Source of the DNA: Asterias rubens
Lineage: Eukaryota
Direction: 5' to 3'
NCBI RefSeq assembly: GCF_902459465.1
Contig: NC_047062.1
Location: 14,074,001-14,138,000, forward strand
DNA: 64,000 nt
In this document: positions 53,301 to 64,000 of the stretch, in pieces
Layout: the number at the start of each line of letters is the position of its first letter
How positions within the stretch are numbered: position 1 is the first letter of the stretch
The notes under the pieces: model-generated
Told to the model about the DNA's origin: nothing
Seen by the model: only the letters and a program-made list of their open reading frames with translations
Databases searched by the model: none
Program-made: the position numbers and the translations under genes

Positions 53301-55074
53301 ATTGATAGACTGTGCAATTCTCATGGATATGCAAATATTGGGACCTGTTAAAGAGCACAAGTTTGTTTCCTTCACACAGGTATGCAAATGTTTGTAGGAC
53401 AAAAGCATTGCAATGTTTGGAAACATGGTCCATTGCAAAGGGCACCTCTATTAGTGACGTCTTAACTTCTAACTGGAACATTTCGAGGGGCATCAAAGCG
53501 GTGGCAAGGGGCATGAGGGCAATTGCCTTCTGGATCTGGATAGTATTGTACAATCACCTGAAAAGGGCTAACATGTATGCCTTCATTGTCGTCATTAAGT
53601 TTCAGTCATGTAACCCTTGTGATTTTACCCTTGTCCAATGTACATATGGTAGTCTTTCGTTTCTGCTCAATGAACTGAAAATTATGATTGAGACTATCTT
53701 GTCTTCTAGACCAAGGAGGAAACGCAGCAAGGATGAAGGGGCCGGTCCAAGCAATAGCCAACTGAAGCAGTCATCAGAAGAACAGTCCACATCAGAGGTA
53801 GGTCAAAACAACAAAGATTAAGAGTTCATCTCCAAAGGCCAGTTCTATAAGATTTTCTGTTAGCTTTTCCCTATCTACTGCTGCACTTATGTAACTTCTA
53901 ACAAAATTTCTCTTGCTTTCCTCCATCTTGCAATTTTTGAAGTGCAAGCAAAATGTTCATCTTCTCTCCCTTGACATTTTCTCTATTTCCCTTGCAGTAC
54001 CATAACAAAAACATACTTGGTTTAATGCATCTATACTTTTAGCAAAAGTAATGCCCAATAGCCCATTACGAACAAGCGCCGTCTTGGAAAAATAATATCA
54101 CAATGCATCTTGGGAAACCAAGCACAGTAAACTAGGTCAAGTGTTATATCTTGAAGGCATTATTTCTATTAAAAAAAAGGCAACATGTTGAATTGTTGCC
54201 CCTTTTCGAACCATCACACAGCGTCCCCCTTAACAGTGGTCCACTGGCCAAATGCACATTACAACACAGGATGACTGGCAAGTTCAGTGTTAAAAGGCAT
54301 TCGTGTTTTATCTAGTGAAAAAATTACAAGCTGACTGGTCCTGCTGGCCAGTCACTAAACAAGTCCATACAAGGGCACTCTGACACATTTCGGTATGTAG
54401 AAATACAGCTCCATAGCTACATTATGTTTGTTTTGTGATTGTTTTCCGGGGAATGTTCAGGATGACTCTGATACTGAGGAGGATGAAGGAACATACAATA
54501 GCGACGGCAACAACATGCAAGACCCTCTGGCCTCTGCTGTAGCAACTGCTGAGATACCAAGTCCGGCCTGGTAAGTTTTCTGTCGTAAGATTCATCTGCA
54601 CTGTGTTGCACCCAAAACTTGGGAATCGGGCAGAGCAGCCAGCCCTCCCTCATTCAGCAGAAAGTTAATGATAAAGAAATCCCAGGCCTGCACAGTAAAA
54701 ACATGAACGCCGTTGTGCCAACATATGCAATCCTTGCAGTTGAATCAATTATAATGGTCAGTAAAATTACTTGAAAATTTACTGAGGGTAGGAGGGTTAA
54801 AGAAAGATGAAAAGCCTCCAAGACGTCACATGTATCTCTGACGTATCAACAAATCTTTGGCAAATCATTGATCACAGTGTTTTTTCTTCCACTCTGTAAT
54901 AGTGTGCCAGGAATGCATCCAGCCCAGTCGACCTCACCGCCTACATTGCCTATGCCACCAATACCAGTCTTCCAGCCACCAACCGCAGCTATGGGTACCG
55001 TCCACATGGGCATGGGCATGTACCAGGCACCCAAGAACAACAGCACAGATGATGATGAGAATTATGATACATAA
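50318..55074 (+). CDS. DRAP1: Dr1-associated corepressor (NC2-alpha, histone-fold), 7 exons, about 240 aa
   Basis: Exons 50318-50359, 51206-51278, 52492-52585, 53100-53243, 53710-53797, 54461-54570 and 54903-55074 total 723 nt. Translation [77 protein letters not shown], then an acidic/Pro-rich tail ending DDDENYDT*, as in DRAP1. Confidence 0.95.
50598..50752. mobile_element. 155-bp MITE in DRAP1 intron 1
   Basis: TIR atagaccttatgca..tgacgtcat / atgacgtcaatgcataaggtctat. Confidence 0.8.
51730..52070 (-). mobile_element. CR1/L2-clade LINE ORF2 3' fragment (frameshifted)
   Basis: Translates as LYKELVRP/LGYCVQAWRPLLQRNIDLMEGLQKRGIRMIGGLS..LTTMERRRMRGDLIETLR, the typical post-RT C-terminus of CR1-group elements. 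Confidence 0.88.
52735..52960 (-). mobile_element. L2-like LINE extreme 3' fragment
   Basis: GDQTFSVSAHRLWNKLP..TGLTAFK resembles the G-RAFS--AP-LWN-LP terminus of L2 ORF2. Confidence 0.7.
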
Positions 55075-58000
55075 CAAATGATCCTACTGGTTTTTTGTGT
55101 TTTTTTCTACACTGGTATGTTCTTGAGATATCCCTCTCTCCGATGGACCATTCAAATGGAAGTTTGGAGTGATTAACAGTTCGTAGACCATTGGTTGATC
55201 TAATGTCATTGCAATATGCGGATTCAGTGCTTTGTGATGGTATTATCCAGTGGTAATATACAGCTAAGACAAACATAGTGTTTTGTGGAAACTATTTAGA
55301 TAGACTATTATCATCTTGAAACAAGTCAAAATGAGGGGGTCAGCCACTGGGTGTCTTTGCTTGAAATCACATGATCCGCAATGCTACTGTGCAATACCAT
55401 GGTGAGTGAAAGCCCACACTCCTGTTGACTTATCGATCAACGTCATTGGTAAAGGTTTTTGTATGACGAATGCTGTGGAGTGCACATATGGTGTAATCAC
55501 TGTATTGCTGTTGATTCATCTGAACAGATGAGGTTAAAGCTGTATCCAAATTTGGCGTCTACAGCTACTGCTACAGCTGTTGCTAAGGACGTCCGATACA
55601 TCAACACATGACGCGAAAATCTAGCTGTAGCCCTAGCTGTAGTCGCCAATTTGGACACTGCCTAAGGGTCTGTTATCTACTCATTCATGCATTCAGAGAT
55701 TGAGCAGTGCTCCAGTTTTGATTGGCGAGTCTGTTTGAGCATGGTGCCAACGGAAGTAGGGATTTAATTTAGTTCTGTAGTTATCTTTTTAGCATTTAAA
55801 TTTCTGTATATAAAGCGTTCGAGCCAGGTTTTGTATTTGGTACTTGGCAAATATGCATAACATGGCATTTTGCATGTTGACAAAAACTTTCTTTGGTAAA
55901 AGATTTTTATGTGCAGAAGAATCAACGTGATTTTGCAGAACGATGACATGAAATATTGCAAAAGACTTTGATCATAGTTTCTCTACCATCTTGGTTTGTT
56001 TTCTTCCTTCAAACCAGTGAAACTAAACTATGGCTGGAAGGGAAAACAAATGGTCTGACCCTTTTTATAAATTAAGAATTAAGGCTGTCAATGTGTCATT
56101 GTCGTTGTGTATACCAGTACAGGGAATCTCACAGAGATGACTGCAGCATGATACAGTTCATTCATTGTTTTAGTTCTTAAAAAAGTTTCTGCCTAGCATT
56201 TATAAAAAGGGGTCAACGTCTACTCTGAAAAAAAAGTTACACAAGTTGGTTCTGCACACATTGTTTATATAATTACAAGATGTGCGGAAACATGGCCGTA
56301 TTATAAATGGTCTGTCAAAAACAAAAGACCACTGATATTAGTGAGAAACAAGGTAACAAACCATTGTCTTTACAAGTGTCACAATTGTCAAAAGTAAAAC
56401 ATCACTTTAGAAGTTGGAACTTCATTTTACTTTGACACTTTTTCAGATCATTTAAGAAGGAATTACCATGTTCTTTCCTGAGGAATATTTAACAGTTATA
56501 AACATAATATAGCGTTCATTTCAGAGTTCAAAACGGAAAAATGTATACTTTTAAATTATAGTGTGTCGCATCTGACTGCTACTCGTTCATTAATTATTAT
56601 TAAGAATAGATAATATGTAAGTGGTTCATTTTAAACCACAAGGTTCATTTTAAATTACAAAACTACAACATCACCTAAATGTATTGTACTGGATTGGTTG
56701 GGCTTAACAATCATAGACAGTGTTTTTATCTGGAAATCTGTGATTATATGAAATGACGAACATTTCGGATTAATCTATAATGTGAGTCAGGAGAAAATAG
56801 TGAAAACCAGGCACAGTTTTCAGCATGTAAACACACTCCTCAAATTTGTTTGTAACAACCGAAATCCGCTGTTTCAGTTTTTAAGGTACAATTTTCTCAA
56901 ATTATGGTTTTAGATGAATCTCCTAATTGGTATGCTGTCAGACTGAAATTAAACACGGATGTTTGAAGCCTAATATCTAACCTGTATAATGCTCAAAAGA
57001 AAACATATTACTTTACGAGAAATTCAAGGCTGGGGTCGACTGGTGAGGCCATGACCACTTTCTTGTAAGAACAAATCTACCCTCTTGTTGCGCTTAACTC
57101 TTTCCCCTGTTTATAAAACTTGCTTAGTGACTAATTTTACTTCAAAATGGGGTTGGAAATATTCTATAGGCCTACGTGGTGATATGACAAGTATTGTATG
57201 TATCGATTGTTCTTTGTGAGGACACGTTTGAATGTACAAATTATAGTTTCAGAGAAAAACAATGAAATACACTGAGACAGTGAGTGTTTTGTTTTTTGTG
57301 TGTTTAATTTAGCAGTGATTTGAGTTGTTTTGATATCAGTATAGGGGGATGACATCTACAAAATTGGGTCCACTTGAAAACAGTGGACGGTAAGTTGTGG
57401 AGCCCAAACCAACGCCGAAATCAAAATATTTTTACATGTAATTATGGGGGCCTACAGAAAACAGAACTTCACTTTTATGTAGGTAATCAAAACAACCGAT
57501 GAGTCTTTAGGCATTATATTAGTTCAGAAGTGCCCTATCATTTTCCAAATACATGTAGTAAGATGTTAATGCGGTTTTTTTTAGTTTGCTAATTCAAGCT
57601 TTTATACGGCAGCGGGCTCTTTTACAAAATGAAAAATTTTTTTTTTCAAAAAATTGTTTAGGATGTTACTCGGAGTAGGCCTATCCATAGAAGATCGGTG
57701 AAGCGTATTGTAAACTTAAAATGGGACAGTGTCACATGCAAAGTCACTTCATAGGCCCTAAAACTCGGTACGAAACGTCATGAAAAGTAGGATTACGAAG
57801 CTAAACGTTCGAAGTGAGTGGATGGGACAGATATCTTTTCGAATAGGCCTACACAAAAATAAAATCCACCGACAATTTAATAGGCCTACATCATAGAAAT
57901 TCAGGCCTACCGACAAATGTTTTTAAAAGAACGAAGTCCAAAACGCATCTAGGCCATAATACTATCCCACACTTTTTTGAAATGTGAGTCGTGGGCGATG

Positions 58001-58552
58001 CACGTGCACAGTGATGAACGTAAAACTAACGCCGCATTACAATAGAGAAACTTAAAAACAATTTGTTAGGCCTGCTTACCAAAAAGGACATTCAAATTTC
58101 CCCGCCAAAAAAGTTTTGACAGAGGTTGCACCTGCTGGTTGCTGTCGTCGAGATGAAAGACATGGTCTAAACAAAATCTGCTTTAAAATGTACCTCGCGG
58201 TGCACTCAGCAGCAATGGAACTTGAATCATATTAACTTCCCGTGCTGCTCTTGTCCACTCAAGTTTTTGTAAAACTTCTTCCTCGTCCAAGCATCGTGCG
58301 CAAACTCCTTTGCCGCCTATTTTTTTGACTCATTGCCGCTTGGGGGCATGCTTGCTTTAAAAACAACAACAGTCTGGCTCCTAATACAAGTTCCCCCTGA
58401 CGTCTTGCTTTTACGCATTGTTCTGATGGTAGTTTTGTACACACACACACGTGTGACCCAATCACTATCACTGATCAGAGAGTTTCGAACAGGAAACACT
58501 TGCCATAGTCATCGGTTCGCTTATTCGCTGTTGTTAGTCTGTAACTGTAAGG

Positions 58553-61500
58553 ATGGATGGACATTTCAAACTTCAATTGAATGCAGTGGTAAAACTGAGG
58601 AGAAATAACGATGCAAAGCGTGAAGAATTGATGAAGGTATAGTTACTTTGATAGTAATTCTAGAAACTATAGGCTCGCAGGTGAGCCTATAGTTTCGCAG
58701 GTGAGCCTTATAACTTATAGTTTCTAGAAGTAGCCCTGTGCGAGGTATCCAGGCTATTGGAGTTTGCACAGTAGCTAACAGATACAGAACCCTCCTGCCG
58801 ACGGCGGAGCCGGAGGTGATACGTTATCGCAACTACTTTGATAGTACTATTTTTCTAGTACTACTTACTGATTATTAGTAACATATACTCTATAAAGTAT
58901 AAGTATAATGATGAGTTTATGACCTACATTTGATGATTTGTAGGATTTCTTTCAATGCTTGTTGACCATCATAATATTAAAAATGTGTCATTTTTGACTC
59001 ATGGAATACGTCACCCACTAACTGGATTTGTTATGAATAATGAAATGTTATGTCTTATTATGGTATTTTGTTTGACTATATAGATGAAAGAGATGGAGCT
59101 TTCACTCCAGAAATGTAAAGAGACTCTGATGGAGAGGAAGACCCAGATTTCTTCATCCATCCGGGAACAGGCCAGAGCCGTTGAAGAAATAACTTCAAAG
59201 TTACCCCCTGCATCAAGGAAACTGTTAGTGTTAATATCCTATGGGTTTAAATAACAGTTTCTTTCAAGAAGTTTTCTTCTAAATTATTCATAATTCTTTG
59301 CACACACGGGTTGCTGAATTTTTAATTGGCAGTTAGCCCACTGATGAGCTACCTATGAAGCAAGTTTGACTAATTGTACATAGTTGCGGTAAATCGTAAC
59401 TCTCAATCTAGCCCACCTTGTTGAGCTGTTAATGGCTCCGCTTTTAACATCGGTCTCATCACTGTCACCATTACTGTAATGGTGACAGTGATGAGACCGA
59501 TGTTAAAAGCGGAGCCATTAACAACTCAACAAGGTGGGTTACTCTCAATCCTCCTGTCAGTCACAAAGGGTTGGAGGGTTAGGATCACTGTACCGGTAAC
59601 TAATCTGTACAGTATTTGAGCAGTGTGAGACTGTGTCGCTTCAGTTTTAAATTTCATACAAATGACAATGTTGTAGGACTTGGAAACATGCTTTGGGACC
59701 AAGTGAGTTAACAAGCTATGAAGTCTGTTTGACCAGTGACCAAATGTTAAGTAACGGTTAAACCCTAAGATTACATTCAATCCAGTCCGCTAACTTTCAT
59801 AAAGCGCCATAAAAGGAGTCGCTTTCATTCTGTAGAAAGTACCACATGATTTTCTACTATTTAGATAGGAATTGATGATTAATTTGTGTGTAGTGGCACA
59901 TTTTTAATCTGCTGAGTGTTTCAATAGACTCCTTCAATCGAAAAGAACCCCCTAGGGAATACCCTACAACAAAACGTGAACAGACAAATTGATTGAGCTG
60001 ATTGCATTGACTACAGGTTTGACCAGTTGTACCCTCAAGTCAACAATGTCTACCAATCAGAGCTTCTTTTGCTGGAGTTAAATCAACAGCTGATGGTTGC
60101 CATGGCAAGAAGGGAGGAGACGGCCATTTTGAAAGTTCTCCAGGAAGGTATACACAGGCTAATTACTTTAAAAGTAAGATGACTGAGAGGTCAACTGCAT
60201 TGGACTCAGACTCTGTTGTCCTCGTCAGTCGAGTGTGGACTGGACAAGGTCATGACACTATGACACTTGTGTCAGTGAGCAAGACACTTAACCAAGGTGT
60301 ATTTATCGGAGCCTGCAATGGCAGAGACAGCTTATGTTGGATTGGGGTTGTATGGCTCCCCACGGAGTTGAGTAAAATGGAGGAATGGTCTAAAAGTTTG
60401 GTTATGAACAGGGATAATAATGTTGTAAACTGTCTTGATCTAGCCACAAAGACATGTGGGCTGTATGAGAATTTAAGAACCCAAAAAGACAAATTGACTG
60501 CAGCAGAAATTCAATTTCCCCTCATTGAGATGCTCTCAGAGAGAGATTGGTTTACTTTCTTCAGGGTTTATTTTTCACTTCCATAATTAAAGACTGTGGA
60601 ACATACGCTACAAGAAGTATCTCTGAAATAAATTTTCTTTCATTTTGCTCCTATCCAGAGTCGTATGTGGTCGGTGATTTCCAAGATGAAAAGAGTAACC
60701 ATGCCGGAGAGACGTGTTTTCTTCAAGAGTGGTTTCATCAGATATCTCGCTGGAAAAGACAAGCAGACCCCGATCTTAGCCCTGGAAAACCTTCAGTGGA
60801 GAGTAAGTTTAGCACCTTGAAATTCAATTTCTTTTGATAACTTCAATTTAGTAGACTTTGTTATTAAAGGTAGGGTCATATATTGTAAATGACCCCAACA
60901 ATTTTTTGTGTAATTTTTATTCAAAAGCTTATTTTGTTATAAATTTCGTCTGGAATTTCCCCAGTTGATTAGAAATAAATAACAACATTTGAATCTGAGA
61001 AATGATTCATGTATGAATTGTTTCTGAGGTTATTTAGGGCCGGTGTCCATTCGTGAATGCTCTGGCTAGAGATGCAGTTGGTCCGCACTGTCACCTTGCT
61101 AAATGTGGATGGATTCTAATTTCTATGCTGAAAAATTGCATGCCTGATTTGCACAAGAGAATACAGCTTATTAATACCATAAAACTTGTCCTTGCTTTAT
61201 GATTTAACTAGGTCATCTCATTTGCCACGCCTGTGCTCAAACTCAGTATTATTTAATTGTTTTTTACTTACAGAACACAGAATAAATGAGGACAGAGTAT
61301 TTTACTGGGCCAAGTATGAGACTCTTCCATTCAGTCATGGAGGGGTGTTATGTTTCTCAACGAGGCATTGTGGGATGTGCATTCGACTCCGCATAGAGTC
61401 ACCTAGGTAAGATGTTTTCTTCAGAGATCTAGCAAAATGACTTAATATTACACAAGTAGATAAAATGCTCATTGAATGAATAAATACATCTCACAGAAAA

Positions 61501-61841
61501 ACATCACATAAGTTTGCGAAGCAATTGTCATAACAAATTGTCTCTGACCACACAACTTGAGCTGTAACCTGTAAAAACAGTATTTAGGGAATTATTGATT
61601 TCATACAAAGAATTTGTTTTCAGATAAGTTTGATTTTCATTTTTGTATTGTGTATTCTAGAAAAATTGCTGAAGGGATTCCGTTAGCCAGTCTCCACAAC
61701 TACACAATCACATCGGATGTACCATTGGACGGCTTACAGCTTGGCTTACTACAGAGCATCAAGGAAAACCAAATGGCTCATGACTTTGTCATTAACACTC
61801 TATGGAGACTTATGGAGAACAACCTCTTGCCTTTTATTTGA
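58553..61841 (+). CDS. Unidentified protein, 6 exons, 235 aa: N-terminal coiled coil plus C-terminal globular domain
   Basis: Exons 58553-58636, 59084-59223, 59677-59702 (26-nt microexon), 60659-60802, 61274-61406 and 61661-61841 total 708 nt with matching phases and mostly strong sites (ccag|, |gtaagt, ttacag|, |gtaaga, |gtgagt). No family recognised with certainty; exons 1 and 3 are the least secure. Confidence 0.7.
59409..59541. mobile_element. 133-bp near-perfect hairpin MITE with 9-bp TSD (Mutator-like)
   Basis: 66-bp arms around a 1-nt centre (t59475) with 2 mismatches; direct repeat ctctcaatc at 59400-59408 and 59542-59550. Confidence 0.9.
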
Positions 61842-64000
61842 TTTGAAGAGCAAACATTGGATTTAACAGCAAAGCATCCAAGAAAATCAGATAAACTTGT
61901 AGAGTTTACCCTCAACTCCATACTGACCCAATTCTGTCAATCATGTGGAGGCCATTGCAAAATTTCATAAAGCTGTTTAAACGAAACTACTGCTAACTGA
62001 ATTTCTTTGCTAAGCAGAGAAATGAGTGGGGTACCAATCGCAACTGTGTAAACTTAATGAAGTTCCGACTGGTAAAATGTTTCTGCTAAGTAAAATTTTT
62101 CTGTGCATAGCAAGTTTTTGTGCTCACAGGATTGATAAAATTGGGCCCTGATGGCATCTCAAGCCTGCCCAGTGCTCCTCGTCTAGATCTACTGTTCCAA
62201 AATGCAGGAATGCAGGTCTTCACCGCTGGCCAAGCCAGTGTCCCAACCAGTTATGGGCCAAGTGGGAGAGACATTTTCTCCTGCAATTAATCTTGGGAAT
62301 CGGCTATCTAGTTTGTTACTTTGTAATCTACATACATGTAACACAAGCGATATGCTTGCTTTCAAAGCAATTTGACCTGTGTTGACCTGTGTTGACTTGA
62401 TGAAGGGCAGACTAACAACTTGGTTATTAAACCGAGGCTTTATGGTTAAACAACAAAGCATCAAAAACTACCAGATGAACAAGCTTCCCATCAACACATT
62501 ATGTAGACATTCATCATCATTAGGCATAGACATTCATCATCATTCGGCATAGACTTGCAACCGTAGCCACCTCATCCTCAAATTGTAATGGGGGTGCATT
62601 CCTTGAGTGTGGATACTGGTCTTTGACAATGGTCTTTGACAATTACCAATGCTGTACATGGGTTTTTAAATACTTCTTGTTGCTTTTATACAAACTCTGA
62701 CTCTGAAACGCATAATTAGTTAATATATGTCAGGCTTTTTGTTTAATGCTATTCACAGTTAATACAAAAAATGCACACTTTACAAATAGTATTAATAGGT
62801 GAGTTTCTGAATTATTATTCTGAAATCCAGTCACCAATTTTACAGTCTACTACATGTAATTTAGCGACCAAACTGGTCCACATACATTAGTCAATTAATT
62901 TCATCACACCTGTAGTGAATCATAGAAATACAGGACACTTTATTGTATAATAATTTGTTTCAAATAGTTTGGGTTTGAACAAAGAACAATTTTACAATTG
63001 ACATTTCCATGATTTGATTGCTGTGAAAATAACAACATTCTGAGTTAGCAAATTTGTTTGTTTAATATCCCAACCCTCATGATTGTGCTTGTATATCTAT
63101 TCAATACTACCCATGTGGTTTCAGAGGATAAATATGTTTCAAATGTGTTATTAACAATTTTAAAAGGAAAATTCATTTGGAATTACAGTGATTGGAATAT
63201 TAACCACACGATGGAATGGTCTGATTATAATACATTTTTTAACAAAATAGTTTTGTTACATGCTGTAAAACTTGTTTTCCTAAAAATGTTCAACCTATTG
63301 AATTTTACAAGAGTAGACTATGAAAACACACAAAATAATATATACAATTTCCAAAACATTGCACAAATTTTAAAGAACAAAAAAATAGCCAACAGAACCC
63401 TAGCTGACCAAATGGACGGAAAGTAAATACATTGGACAACAATGCATCAAAACATGTTTAAAATATAGAGACCTAGCTGACCATATGGACGGAATATAAA
63501 GACATTTCAAAGGTCAAATCCTCAATTTCAGTTTTTTTTTTTTTTTACAAGGCAATGGTTAAAATGATGGAGATAAACTGATAATGCATTTCAGGTTAAA
63601 CATCCACGTTATGTTGTTCAAAAACAAAAACGCAAAGAGTCTCTTTTCAAAATCTTTTACCCCTCTCTTGCTTGTATTTCGCTTTTAGTTGACACCAAAC
63701 TGCCCATTCTTAATGCCTAAATAAGGGAATCAATGTGTGGTGAAGAGGTTTTCAACTAGTGGTTTAATCCCAATGAGGCCTGGTTCTTGATAATTTTACC
63801 GAGACGAAGTCGAGGTAAATTATCAAGAACCAGGCCTCGGCGGGTTATAACCACTAGTTGAAAACCGATTCAATACACTTTGATTCCCATTCATAAATAC
63901 CTTTTCGGTCAAAAACTGAAATAAATGCAAAAAATTTAATTGTTAAATGATTTCTTTTAACACAACACCCCTCCAGCTATGAAATGGTAAAGCCCTCCAC

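Noticed and set aside
53312-53821. 169-aa plus-strand ORF
   Set aside because: TTG start, mostly intronic MITE-D sequence; only 53710-53797 is a DRAP1 exon.
57160-58080. Cluster of taggccta-like palindromes upstream of the unidentified gene
   Set aside because: Short motif; significance cannot be judged without a genome background.
63058-63426. 122-aa AT-rich ORF with a hydrophobic start
   Set aside because: TTG start, low-complexity Asn/Ile/Phe composition, no recognisable domain; may be a decayed LINE tail but I cannot support it.

Overview
AT-rich, intron-rich eukaryotic DNA. The repeat landscape and protein style suggest a marine invertebrate deuterostome, probably an echinoderm such as a sea star (inference only). 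I reconstructed spliced models by hand from GT-AG sites and phase continuity. Four housekeeping genes form two head-to-head pairs: PSMC6 (-, 5' part, runs off the left edge) with MRPS5 (+), and CEBPZ/NOC1 (-, 24 exons, about 34 kb) with DRAP1/NC2-alpha (+). A fifth, unidentified 6-exon gene (+, 58553-61841) encodes a 235-aa coiled-coil plus globular protein. The 13.4-kb intron 9 of CEBPZ holds, on the opposite strand, a tandem array of intronless secreted C-type-lectin + PAN/Apple genes: one intact, one frameshifted so it loses the PAN domain, and two promoter-only relics. The rest is MITEs and foldback elements, tRNA-derived SINEs, CR1/L2 LINE fragments, a 65-bp minisatellite and a 152-N gap. 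No prokaryotic features, CRISPR arrays or intact tRNA/rRNA genes were seen.
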